From the NCBI GenBank assembly GCA_902786965.1, contig CADAEJ010000006.1:25805-89804 (forward strand): a stretch of 64,000 nucleotides of DNA, written 5' to 3'. Every line of letters starts with the position of its first letter. The first letter of the stretch is position 1. Below the pieces are notes generated by a model. That model did not search any database and was not told where the DNA came from. It worked only from the letters and a program-made list of their open reading frames with translations. The stretch comes from an uncultured Ruminococcus sp. GTDB taxonomy: Bacteria > Bacillota > Clostridia > Oscillospirales > Ruminococcaceae. Below, in pieces: positions 9,259-19,072 of the stretch. The position numbers and the translations under genes are program-made.

Positions 9259-9738
9259 GTGATAAATGCTATGTATGAAGTCAAAATCGGCGAGGGCGTC
9301 GGCGATGTAAAGCTTGGAATGCATATGGACGATGTGCGCAGGCTGTTTGACGACCTGAAAGAATACAAGGAAACTCCCTACGGCTACCCGTATGAAGTTA
9401 CCTGTGATAGCAACGATACCTTTCAGATATCCTACGATCAAAGCGGCTGCGTGGATCTTATAATTTGTACCGATGTTGAAAAGCTCACGATGGACGGCGA
9501 AAGCTTCACCGAGAACAATTCTCTCTGGGGCTTGTTCCAATGGGTACACAAGCGCGATCCGCAGGTCGAGATAAGCTCTGACGGCTTTTGCAGCGACGCG
9601 CTGGGCTTGGGCATAACACTCGGAGAGGAAGAACAGTTTGAGTTCTGCGGTACGCAAAGGCTTTTTGACATCATTGACAGCATACAGATCACCGTAAAGG
9701 ATTTCTGGAAAAACGAACCTAAACCTGATGATGAATAA
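9259..9738 (+). CDS. hypothetical acidic cytoplasmic protein (~155 aa)
   Basis: ORF with no recognisable motif. The likely start is ATG 9271, preceded by GAGGTG, rather than GTG 9259. Confidence 0.5.
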   Translation: MINAMYEVKIGEGVGDVKLGMHMDDVRRLFDDLKEYKETPYGYPYEVTCDSNDTFQISYDQSGCVDLIICTDVEKLTMDGESFTENNSLWGLFQWVHKRDPQVEISSDGFCSDALGLGITLGEEEQFEFCGTQRLFDIIDSIQITVKDFWKNEPKPDDE

Positions 9739-9776
9739 CTATCGGTAAGTATCAAAAAACGAAAGGAAGAAAAACT

Positions 9777-10736
9777 ATGGCAGAGATATTCAGCGTAAAG
9801 GTAAGGGATATTGTCGATCAGCTCAACTGCGAGATGATCTATTCCCCCGATAATCTTGACGAGATAACCGTTACCGAAAATGACTGCAACCGTCCGGGTC
9901 TGCAGCTTATGGGCTTTTACGAGTATTTCAACGCAGAGCGCGTGCAGATCTGCGGAAATATGGAGTTCGCCTACCTTGCATCTCTTGACGAGAACACAAG
10001 ATACCAGCGTATCGACGCGCTTTTTGCGACCAAGATACCACTTTTTATCGTTGCAAGAGGTCACGAGTTATATCCCGAAATGCTGGAGATAGCAAAGAAA
10101 TACGAGGTGCCTATCGCAAGAACTCACGACAGTACCACCGCATTCATCGCATCACTTATCGGCTACCTCAGCGTTGAGCTTGCACCGAGGATAACCCGCC
10201 ACGGCGTGCTTATCGAGGTATACGGCGAAGGTCTGCTTATCGTCGGCGAAAGCGGCGTAGGTAAGAGCGAAACAGCTGTCGAGCTTGTCAAGCGCGGTCA
10301 CCGCCTTGTCGCAGACGATGCTGTTGAGATAAGAAAGACCTCCAACAAAACACTTGTCGGCTCCTCGCCCGATAATATCCGCCACTTCCTTGAGCTGCGC
10401 GGCATCGGTATCATCAATACCAGAAGACTGTTCGGTATGGGTGCTATCAAGGTCAGCGAGAAGATAGACCTTATCGTTGAGCTCGAGCCGTGGGACAGCA
10501 CCAAGATATACGACAGAATGGGCGTTGACAACGAGTATACAGCGATACTTGGCGTAAAGGTACCGAGCCTTACTATCCCCATCAAGCCGGGACGTAACCT
10601 TGCAGTTATCCTTGAGGTCGCAGCTATGAACAACCGTCAGAAGAAGATGGGCTACAACGCCGCTGCCGAGCTGCTTGAAAACCTCGGCCTGCAAATGGAT
10701 AAAAAGGATAAGGTCAAGAGCTGGGACAACTTCTAA
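9777..10736 (+). CDS. hprK: HPr(Ser) kinase/phosphorylase
   Basis: Walker A GESGVGKSE and HprK signature LELRGIGIIN. Confidence 0.9.
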   Translation: MAEIFSVKVRDIVDQLNCEMIYSPDNLDEITVTENDCNRPGLQLMGFYEYFNAERVQICGNMEFAYLASLDENTRYQRIDALFATKIPLFIVARGHELYPEMLEIAKKYEVPIARTHDSTTAFIASLIGYLSVELAPRITRHGVLIEVYGEGLLIVGESGVGKSETAVELVKRGHRLVADDAVEIRKTSNKTLVGSSPDNIRHFLELRGIGIINTRRLFGMGAIKVSEKIDLIVELEPWDSTKIYDRMGVDNEYTAILGVKVPSLTIPIKPGRNLAVILEVAAMNNRQKKMGYNAAAELLENLGLQMDKKDKVKSWDNF

Positions 10737-10803
10737 TTGTCCGAAATTTTGTATAGATATATAGTATAGTACAATTTTATGTACACTTTGGAGATGAATC
10801 TGA

Positions 10804-11529
10804 TTGAACATAATAGGTGATATGCACACGCATACCCTTGCATCAACTCACGCATATTCGACTATCACCGAGAACTGCCGCAGCGCTGCCGAAAGAGGCA
10901 TAAAGGTCGTTGCGATGACGGATCATTGGGGCGAAATGCCTGATTCTCCGCACATCTGGCACTTTGAGAACCTGCGCGTCCTGCCGCGCCGAATTTGCGG
11001 AGTGACCGTTCTGCGCGGTGTTGAGACCAACATCAAAAACGATGACGGCGAGGTGGATATGCCAAGAAAAACGCTTGAAAAGCTTGAATGGGTGGTCGCA
11101 TCAATGCACAGGCAGGTCTACACGCCGAGTACGGTTGAAAACCACACAAGAGCGTATCTTAAAGTCGCCGAAGACCCGATAGTTGACGTTATCGGGCACT
11201 GCACGACCTCAATATTCCCGATAGATTTTGAAAAGTGCATCAAGAAATTCAAGGAGTGCGGCAAGCTTGTCGAGATAAACGAAAGCTCGATACTTTACAA
11301 AAGCGGCTCGTTTGAGAACTCATACGAGGTGCTGCGCCTTTGCAAAAAGTACGAAGTGCCTGTCGTTTTCGACTCCGATGCACACTACTGCGACCTTATC
11401 GGCGTAGTTGATACCGCGCAGAAGATCGCGCAGGAGGTCGGTTTCCCCGAGCGCCTTGTGATAAATGCAGATCACGAAAGGCTTGCAGAATACATCCACC
11501 GCAAGCACCCCGAGATAGAATTCCTTTGA
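10804..11529 (+). CDS. PHP-domain phosphatase (YcdX-like)
   Basis: N-terminal DMHTHTLASTHAYS. TTG start at 10804 with GGAG 10 nt upstream; ATG 10822 is an alternative. Confidence 0.7.
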   Translation: MNIIGDMHTHTLASTHAYSTITENCRSAAERGIKVVAMTDHWGEMPDSPHIWHFENLRVLPRRICGVTVLRGVETNIKNDDGEVDMPRKTLEKLEWVVASMHRQVYTPSTVENHTRAYLKVAEDPIVDVIGHCTTSIFPIDFEKCIKKFKECGKLVEINESSILYKSGSFENSYEVLRLCKKYEVPVVFDSDAHYCDLIGVVDTAQKIAQEVGFPERLVINADHERLAEYIHRKHPEIEFL

Positions 11530-11548
11530 GAAAGGAGAGTCCATATTT

Positions 11549-12484
11549 TTGGACAGTTCCCCTATGAATACACAAAGACTGTTTGATACCGCACGAAGCT
11601 GCGGCTGCGAAATACTTATGAACGAACCCCTTTGCGGGCATACTACATTTAAGATCGGCGGCAACTGTACAGCGCTTATCGAGGTCAACTCCACCGAAAG
11701 CCTGCGAAAGCTGCTCGATGCTGCGCGTGCGGACTCGGTGCGCACTTTTGTCCTCGGCAAAGGCTCAAATGTGCTGTTTGCAGATGAGGGCTTTGACGGA
11801 GTCGTGCTGCATATCGCAAGCGAGATGAGTGAGGTCAGGCTGCTCGGCGAAACGGCTGTTTTTGCGCAGGCAGGGTGCAGTATGATGAAGCTTTGCCGCT
11901 TTGCGCTTGAAAACTCGCTGACAGGGCTTGAATTTGCCTACGGTATCCCGGGTACAGTCGGCGGCGCAGTGTTTATGAACGCAGGCGCGTACGGCGGCGA
12001 GATAAAGGACGTTATAAAGTCCGCTTCGGTAGTCAATACACGCGGCGAGCTTGAAAAGCTGACAAATGCACAGCTCGATCTCTCTTACCGCCACAGCAGC
12101 ATCATGCAGACAGGCGGTGTCGTCTGCGATGCGGTGTTTGAGCTGCAAAAAGGCGACAGGGCGCAGATAGAAAGCAAAATGAACGAGCTTATGGGCAGGC
12201 GCAGAGATAAGCAGCCGATAGAGTTCCCAAGCGCAGGCTCGACCTTCAAGCGCCCCGAGGGCTTCTTTGCAGGCAAGCTGATACAGGACAGCGGACTGCG
12301 CGGCTTTACCGTCGGCGGTGCGCAGGTGTCCGAAAAGCACTGCGGATTTGTCATCAACAAGGGCGGCGCAACATCACGGGACGTTGTCTCGCTTATCGAA
12401 CAAGTCCAAAAAATCGTACATGAAAAAACAGGGCAGTTCCTTGAATGTGAAGTCAGGATCATCCCTTTCAAACAGGAGGTCTAA
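11549..12484 (+). CDS. murB: UDP-N-acetylenolpyruvoylglucosamine reductase
   Basis: FKIGG, GKGSNVLF, SAGSTFKRP motifs. Start is ambiguous (TTG 11549 or ATG 11564). Confidence 0.85.
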   Translation: MDSSPMNTQRLFDTARSCGCEILMNEPLCGHTTFKIGGNCTALIEVNSTESLRKLLDAARADSVRTFVLGKGSNVLFADEGFDGVVLHIASEMSEVRLLGETAVFAQAGCSMMKLCRFALENSLTGLEFAYGIPGTVGGAVFMNAGAYGGEIKDVIKSASVVNTRGELEKLTNAQLDLSYRHSSIMQTGGVVCDAVFELQKGDRAQIESKMNELMGRRRDKQPIEFPSAGSTFKRPEGFFAGKLIQDSGLRGFTVGGAQVSEKHCGFVINKGGATSRDVVSLIEQVQKIVHEKTGQFLECEVRIIPFKQEV

Positions 12485-12487
12485 AAA

Positions 12488-13345
12488 ATGCAGTTCGTTA
12501 TAGTTACGGGTATGTCGGGCTCTGGCAAGTCAAGCTGCATTGAAGTGCTTGAGGATATGGGCTATTACTGCATAGATAATATGCCTCCCGAGCTTATCGG
12601 CAAGTTTGTGGATATCTGCAAACAGTCCGACGGTAAAATAGAAAAAGTTGCATTCGTTATAGATATACGCAGCGGCGAGCTTTTCTCAAAGATGAAGGAC
12701 GCGCTGACGCTGCTCAAAGAGGAGGACATCGGGCTCAAGATTGTCTTCCTTGACTGCTCGGATGATGCTATCATCAGGCGCTATAAGGAAACGCGCCGTA
12801 AGCACCCGCTTGACGAGGTATCCTTTGGCAATATCAGAAAAGCGATAGAGACCGAGCGCGAGACTCTCGTGCCGATAAAAGCTATGGCGGATTACTATTT
12901 TGATACCACCAATTCGACCGCCAACGAGTTTCGCGAGAGAATGCGCGAGGTGTTCTCCGAGGCGACAGATTTTATGCGCATAGATGTGCGTTCATTCGGA
13001 TTCAAATTCGGCTATATGCCCGAGGGCGACCTTGTGTTCGATGTTCGCTGCCTGCCGAATCCGTTTTATGTTCCCGAGCTTAAAAACCTCACAGGACTCA
13101 ATCCCGAGGTCTACTCTTATGTTATGAAGTTCGACCAGTCCAAAAGGCTGCTCGATAAGCTCTGCAACCTTGTAGATTTTCTTATCCCCCTTTACGAGAA
13201 AGAGGGCAAGGCGCAGCTTGTGATTGCCTTTGGCTGCACAGGCGGAAAGCACCGCAGCGTAGCCTTTGCAGAGGCGCTCGCACAGCATCTGCGCGAGAAG
13301 AACCATATGGTAAGGATCTCGCACAGAGATATCGAAAAACACTAA
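12488..13345 (+). CDS. rapZ: RNase adapter / nucleotide-binding protein RapZ (YvcJ)
   Basis: Walker A GMSGSGKS and C-terminal CTGGKHRSV motif. Confidence 0.9.
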   Translation: MQFVIVTGMSGSGKSSCIEVLEDMGYYCIDNMPPELIGKFVDICKQSDGKIEKVAFVIDIRSGELFSKMKDALTLLKEEDIGLKIVFLDCSDDAIIRRYKETRRKHPLDEVSFGNIRKAIETERETLVPIKAMADYYFDTTNSTANEFRERMREVFSEATDFMRIDVRSFGFKFGYMPEGDLVFDVRCLPNPFYVPELKNLTGLNPEVYSYVMKFDQSKRLLDKLCNLVDFLIPLYEKEGKAQLVIAFGCTGGKHRSVAFAEALAQHLREKNHMVRISHRDIEKH

Positions 13346-13361
13346 AAGGACAGTTTTATAA

Positions 13362-14294
13362 ATGCAGGAGCAATCGTTTTCATACCGCGCAAAACAGGAA
13401 ATAATCGAGCGTATCAACTCACGGGAAAAGGCTGATGCCTGCCTGATGGGTGTGCTTTTGTGCGCCAATTCGCTGAGCTGTGATGATATCACCGTGCTGA
13501 CCGAGAACGATCTTCTGCGCGATTTTTTTGTGCTCAACGCCGAGCGCATACTTGAAAAAAAAGGCGCGGTCCAGGTCACGCAGATACAGCGTAAAAGCTC
13601 TGCCGTGCTTTATGATCTTAAAATAACCGATGCGCAGGACAGGCTTTATCTTCTTGACTATTTCCAGCTTGACGAAAGCCGGGGAATGACAAAGGACGAC
13701 CTGCCCAAGCCCAAGTTCTACCCCTTTGTTGTAGGCGGGATATTCCTTGCCTGCGGCAGCGTCAACAACCCCGAAAAAAAGTATCATATGGAGTTCGTGA
13801 TGCCAACACTCGAGCTTTGCAACTCGCTGGGGCTCCTGCTTATCGACAATTACGGCATAATCCCCAAGCACGTTGAGAGAAAGCATTACCAGATAGTCTA
13901 TGTCAAGGACTCCGAGAACATCATCGACATACTCACGATGATGGGCGCGCAGATGTCCTCGCTTGAGATAATGAATGTCAAAATGCTCAAAGATGTCAAG
14001 AACAAGATAAACCGTTCGATGAACTGCGATAACGCCAACATTGATAAGACCTTGTGCGCCGCTGAAAAGCAGATAAACGACATCGAGCTGATAGACTCCA
14101 CAATGGGCATCAGCAGCCTGCCCGAGAACCTGCAAAGCATCGCGCTGCTGCGGCTGGAGAATACCGACTATTCGCTCAGCGACCTCGGTGCTGCGCTTGA
14201 ACCGCCTATATCGCGCTCGGGTGCGAACCACAGAATGCAAAAGCTCGCCGAGATAGCCGAAAGTATACGAAAGGAAAAGGCGAAAAAGAAGTGA
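13362..14294 (+). CDS. whiA: DNA-binding protein WhiA
   Basis: Typical N-terminus SFSxxxKxE, LAGLIDADG-like middle region, and C-terminal HTH SRSGANHRMQKL. Confidence 0.85.
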   Translation: MQEQSFSYRAKQEIIERINSREKADACLMGVLLCANSLSCDDITVLTENDLLRDFFVLNAERILEKKGAVQVTQIQRKSSAVLYDLKITDAQDRLYLLDYFQLDESRGMTKDDLPKPKFYPFVVGGIFLACGSVNNPEKKYHMEFVMPTLELCNSLGLLLIDNYGIIPKHVERKHYQIVYVKDSENIIDILTMMGAQMSSLEIMNVKMLKDVKNKINRSMNCDNANIDKTLCAAEKQINDIELIDSTMGISSLPENLQSIALLRLENTDYSLSDLGAALEPPISRSGANHRMQKLAEIAESIRKEKAKKK

Positions 14295-17200
14295 CAGACT
14301 TTGTACATCTTCACCTGCACAGCGAATATTCGCTGCTTGACGGTGCCTGCCGCCTGACAGAGCTCGTGTCGCGCATCAAGGAGCTTGGTCAGACAAGCTG
14401 CGCCGTTACCGATCACGGAAATATGTTCGCCGCTGTCGAGTTCTACAACGCCTGCAAGGCGCAGGGCATAAAGGCGTTGATCGGCTGCGAGACCTACGTT
14501 GCACCGCGCACAAGATTTGATAAAGCGGGCAGGATAGACTCCTCGCCATACCACCTTGTACTGCTTTGCAAAAACGAGCAGGGCTATCGCAATCTTATAA
14601 AACTTGTCTCTCTTTCGTACACCGAGGGCTTTTACAATAGACCCAGAGTAGACGAGGAGCTTTTGCGAAAGTATAGCCGTGGACTTATCTGCCTCTCGGC
14701 GTGCCTTGCGGGCGAGATACCCCGCAAGCTTTCAAACGGCGATTATGATGGCGCAAAGCAGACCGCGATGCGTTATAACGAGATCTTCGGGCAGGGCAAT
14801 TACTACCTTGAATTGCAGGATCACAGCATAGCAGAGCAGCAAAGGATCATTCCGCTGATAGCGCGCATTTCGCGTGAAACGGGCATACCGCTCGTCGCGA
14901 CCAATGACTGTCACTATCTTCGCAGGCAGGACGCAAAAGCGCAGCGCGTGCTTGTGTGCATCTCCACCGCGACCACGCTTGACGACCCTAATAAGCTGGA
15001 GTTTCCGACCGAGGAGTTTTACGTTAAAAGCGGTGATGAGATGTCACAGCTTTTTGCAAATTACCCCGAGGCGATCGAGAACACCGTTAAGATAGCCGAT
15101 ATGTGCAATGTCGAGTTCGAGTTCGGCAAAACCAAACTGCCGTATTTTCATATCGATGGCGTTGACGACAACGAAAAGTTCCTGCGCGATATGTGCAAAA
15201 AAGGCTTGTACAAGCGCTATGCACAGCCCACAGACGAGGCTGTAAAGCGCCTTGGATACGAGCTTGATATCATCACTAAAATGGGCTATACCGACTATTA
15301 TCTGATAGTCTGGGACTTTATAAACTACGCTAAAACGCACGGCATACCCGTCGGCTGCGGCAGAGGCTCGGGCGCAGGCAGCCTTTGTGCCTACTGCATC
15401 GGCATAACAGGTATCGACCCGCTCAAATATAATCTGCTCTTTGAGAGGTTCCTCAACCCCGAAAGAGTATCCATGCCCGACTTTGACGTTGACTTTTGTA
15501 TGGAAGGCCGTCAGAGAGTCATCGACTACGTTATAAACAAGTACGGAGCAGACCACGTTGCGCAGATAGCGACATTCGGTACGCTTGCCGCAAAACAGGC
15601 GGTGCGCGATGTCGCAAGGGTAATGGGACTTCCTTACCAGACGGGCGATATGGTATCAAAGGCTGTGCCGAGAGGTCTGCCGCTTGCAGAGTCTGTAAAG
15701 CAGATCCCAGAGGTCGCAAAAATGTATAACGCCGACCCCAAGATAAAAGAGCTTATAGACACCGCCATAAAGGTCGAGGGTATGCCAAGGAACGTATCCA
15801 CGCACGCGGCAGGTGTTGTTATAACCAAAGAGCCCGTGGACTATTACGTTCCTGTCTATGCGCGTGACGGACAGGTATCAACGCAGTATACCATGACTAT
15901 CCTCGAACGGCTCGGCTTGCTCAAAATAGACTTTCTCGGGCTGCGCAACCTGACCATAATCAACCACACCGCACAGCAGGTAAAAAAGCTTCACCCCGAT
16001 TTTGATATAAACAAAATACCACTTGATGACAAGGCTGTGTACGATATGCTCTCGCAGGGCAGGACGCAGGGCGTTTTCCAGTTTGAAAGCGCGGGTATGA
16101 CTGCGACAATAACCAAGCTTAAACCTACCGGCATCGAGGACCTGATAGCAGTCATCTCTCTTTACCGCCCGGGCCCTATGGACTCTATACCGACCTATAT
16201 CCGCAACCGCCACAATCCAAAGCTTGTTACCTACAAGCACCCGCTTCTGAAGGATATACTTGAGGTCACCTACGGCTGTATAGTCTATCAGGAGCAGGTT
16301 ATGCAGATATTCCGCAAGCTCGCGGGGTATTCCTACGGCAGAGCGGATATCGTGCGCAGGGCTATGGCAAAAAAGAAAGCCGATGTACTTGAGGCAGAGC
16401 GCAAAGCCTTCATCTACGGCGAGCAGGGGCAGTGCGAGGGCGCTGTTGCAAACGGTGTCCCCGAAAAGATCGCCAACGAGATATTTGACGAGATGTCCTC
16501 CTTTGCAAGCTATGCGTTCAATAAATCTCACGCCGCCGCATACGCGACTATCTCCTATCAGACGGCGTATCTGAAATGCCACTACTACAAAGAATATATG
16601 GCGGCGCTTATGACAAACGCTCTGCTTGATTCCACGGATAAGCTTTTCGGCTATATCTCGTCAGTCACAGCAAACGGCGTCAGGGTGCTTCCTATAGATA
16701 TAAACAAAAGCGAGAAGGGCTTCACCGCACAGCCGGACGGCATAAGGTTTGCGCTGCTGGCAGTAAAAAGCCTCGGCGGATCGGCAATAGCAAACATTAT
16801 TGCCGAGCGAAACGCAAACGGTGATTTCAAATCCCTCTGGGACTTTTGCACCCGTGTCAGCGGGCGTGATATAAATACCCGCACAGTCGAGGCGCTTATA
16901 AAAAGCGGAGCCTTTGACAGCTTCCCGAACAACCGCCGCGAAATGCTCGATGCCTGTGCCGATATAATGACAAGCGCGGCGCAGAGCCGTGAGAGCAACC
17001 TTGAAGGTCAGCTTGACTTTTTCGGCCTTGGCAGTGAAGACAGCGGCGCAAGCCTTGAAAAGCCTATACCCAAAAAGGAAGAGTATCCTGCCAAGCAGCT
17101 TCTTGCACTTGAACACGAGGCGCTTGGAATGTATATCTCGGGTCACCCTGCGGACGATATAATGCCCTTTGCAAAAGCCGATAAGTGCCTTACCTGCGCG

Positions 17201-17752
17201 CAGATAATCGCCGAGCACGAGCGCACCGACGGCGCAGACGAGGGCAGGGCAGTCAAAGCTGCCGGAATGGTAATATCCCGCAAGGAGCTTAAAACCAAAA
17301 AGGGCGATATGATGTGCTTTGCCGAGATCGAGGACGCTTCCTCGTCGATAGAGCTTGTCGTATTTCCCGAGGTCTACCGTGCTGCATCGCACCTGCTATC
17401 ACAAGGGCAGCTTGTTTGTGTCGAGGGCAAGGTATCAGGGCGCGAGGACGAAAAACCTAAAATCATCGCAGAGCATATCATAAGTGCCGACAGCTTTGTG
17501 CAAAGCTGCCTCTCGCGCGATCTGTGCATAAGAGCAGATTCCCGTGATGCCGACCTTATGCAGCGCATAAAGGACTATGCCAGAACCGTGAGCAGCACCG
17601 CCGCCACAAACCGCCTTATAATCTACTTTGCAGACCTCAAAAGAAAAACCGCTATAAAAGAGACTCCGTTTATCACCCTTGATGCAAAAACGCTCAAAGG
17701 CTTTGCAAAAATAGCGGGCGAGGACAATACAGCTTTTATGGAAAAGAAATAA
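14291..17752 (+). CDS. dnaE: DNA polymerase III alpha subunit (DnaE type)
   Basis: N-terminal PHP domain FVHLHLHSEYSLLDG. 1153 aa. GTG start overlaps the whiA stop. Confidence 0.92.
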   Translation: MTDFVHLHLHSEYSLLDGACRLTELVSRIKELGQTSCAVTDHGNMFAAVEFYNACKAQGIKALIGCETYVAPRTRFDKAGRIDSSPYHLVLLCKNEQGYRNLIKLVSLSYTEGFYNRPRVDEELLRKYSRGLICLSACLAGEIPRKLSNGDYDGAKQTAMRYNEIFGQGNYYLELQDHSIAEQQRIIPLIARISRETGIPLVATNDCHYLRRQDAKAQRVLVCISTATTLDDPNKLEFPTEEFYVKSGDEMSQLFANYPEAIENTVKIADMCNVEFEFGKTKLPYFHIDGVDDNEKFLRDMCKKGLYKRYAQPTDEAVKRLGYELDIITKMGYTDYYLIVWDFINYAKTHGIPVGCGRGSGAGSLCAYCIGITGIDPLKYNLLFERFLNPERVSMPDFDVDFCMEGRQRVIDYVINKYGADHVAQIATFGTLAAKQAVRDVARVMGLPYQTGDMVSKAVPRGLPLAESVKQIPEVAKMYNADPKIKELIDTAIKVEGMPRNVSTHAAGVVITKEPVDYYVPVYARDGQVSTQYTMTILERLGLLKIDFLGLRNLTIINHTAQQVKKLHPDFDINKIPLDDKAVYDMLSQGRTQGVFQFESAGMTATITKLKPTGIEDLIAVISLYRPGPMDSIPTYIRNRHNPKLVTYKHPLLKDILEVTYGCIVYQEQVMQIFRKLAGYSYGRADIVRRAMAKKKADVLEAERKAFIYGEQGQCEGAVANGVPEKIANEIFDEMSSFASYAFNKSHAAAYATISYQTAYLKCHYYKEYMAALMTNALLDSTDKLFGYISSVTANGVRVLPIDINKSEKGFTAQPDGIRFALLAVKSLGGSAIANIIAERNANGDFKSLWDFCTRVSGRDINTRTVEALIKSGAFDSFPNNRREMLDACADIMTSAAQSRESNLEGQLDFFGLGSEDSGASLEKPIPKKEEYPAKQLLALEHEALGMYISGHPADDIMPFAKADKCLTCAQIIAEHERTDGADEGRAVKAAGMVISRKELKTKKGDMMCFAEIEDASSSIELVVFPEVYRAASHLLSQGQLVCVEGKVSGREDEKPKIIAEHIISADSFVQSCLSRDLCIRADSRDADLMQRIKDYARTVSSTAATNRLIIYFADLKRKTAIKETPFITLDAKTLKGFAKIAGEDNTAFMEKK

Positions 17753-17791
17753 TGCTGCGATAATGACCGCAGATGTGTCAGGAGGAATGAA

Positions 17792-19072
17792 ATGCCGATC
17801 GCATATAAAAAATCGGAAATAGGTGAGGGCATATACCTTACCGAGATAACCGATGAAAAGTACAAATCAAACTATATCACCGTGACCTTTGCCGTGCCTG
17901 TCGATGAAAAGACAGCGCCGCTGAACAGCCTTGTCACAGATATCCTTGCATCATCAAACCGCAAGTGCCCGTCAATGCCGCAGATGACAAGAAACCTTGC
18001 CTATCTTTACGGTGCGGTGCTTTCGGCGCGTTCAAGGCGCGTGGGGGATATACAGGAAAACGGCTTGAGCATCGAGTATATCAGTGACGAGTTCACAATG
18101 AACAAGGAGGTCATCTCCGTCAAAGCGGTGCAGACTATGCTTGACTGTCTTTTCGATCCCCAGCTTGAAAACGGAGCCTTCAGCGAAAAGTATGTTTCCA
18201 TGCGCAAAAAAGAGCTTGAGGATACTATCAGAGCCGAGATAAACGATAAATTCGGCTACTCAATGCGCCGCGCAAGAGAGATCATTTACAAAGGCGAGCC
18301 TGCCTGCGTGAACGTGCTTGGCACGATAGAAAACGCAAGAGCCGTTACACCGCAGCAGCTTTATGATGCATACAGGAAGCTTATCCGCAGCGGGCAGATA
18401 AACATCACCATGTGCGGCAAGGACTTTGAAGCGGTCAAGCCCGTTATAATTGAAGCTATGGGAAGGCTCGAGCGCGAAAACGTGGTCAGGGTCAGCTATC
18501 AGAACCCGTCGCCCGTAAAGAGCGCGCCGGAGCGTGTCAGCGAAACGCAGGATGTCAACCAGAGCAAGATGATAATGGCTTTCAAATCAGATCACAAAGA
18601 TATCTATGTTGCCAAGGTGTTTGCGGCGCTGTACGGCGGCACACCGTTTTCAAAGCTGTTTTCCAACGTGCGCGAGAAAATGTCGCTGTGCTATTACTGC
18701 TCCGCGCTTTATGCCGACCTTAAAGGCACGATGATAGTTTCAAGCGGTATCGCAAGGGAAAATATCGAGATAGCCGAGAAAGCTATCCTTGACCAGCTTG
18801 AAGCAGTCAGAAACGGCGACTTTACCGACGAGGAGCTTGAAAACGCAGTTACCTACCTCTGCACAGGCTTTAAATCCAACAACGATTCCATTTACAGAAT
18901 GGCAGAGTATTACCTTGCGCAAAACACGCGCGGCACAGCCTATACGCCCGAGCAGGTCTGCGATATATTCCGTTCAGTTACAAGACAGCAGGTCATCGAC
19001 TGCGCAAAAACATTCACATACGATACTTTCTATGTAATGCAGTCACAGCAGGAGGTGAGCGAGGATGAATAA
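17792..19072 (+). CDS. M16-family peptidase-like protein lacking the HxxEH zinc motif (YmfF/YfmF-like partner subunit)
   Basis: Insulinase-like length and pattern with no HxxEH. Overlaps and precedes the catalytic paralog. Confidence 0.65.
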   Translation: MPIAYKKSEIGEGIYLTEITDEKYKSNYITVTFAVPVDEKTAPLNSLVTDILASSNRKCPSMPQMTRNLAYLYGAVLSARSRRVGDIQENGLSIEYISDEFTMNKEVISVKAVQTMLDCLFDPQLENGAFSEKYVSMRKKELEDTIRAEINDKFGYSMRRAREIIYKGEPACVNVLGTIENARAVTPQQLYDAYRKLIRSGQINITMCGKDFEAVKPVIIEAMGRLERENVVRVSYQNPSPVKSAPERVSETQDVNQSKMIMAFKSDHKDIYVAKVFAALYGGTPFSKLFSNVREKMSLCYYCSALYADLKGTMIVSSGIARENIEIAEKAILDQLEAVRNGDFTDEELENAVTYLCTGFKSNNDSIYRMAEYYLAQNTRGTAYTPEQVCDIFRSVTRQQVIDCAKTFTYDTFYVMQSQQEVSEDE

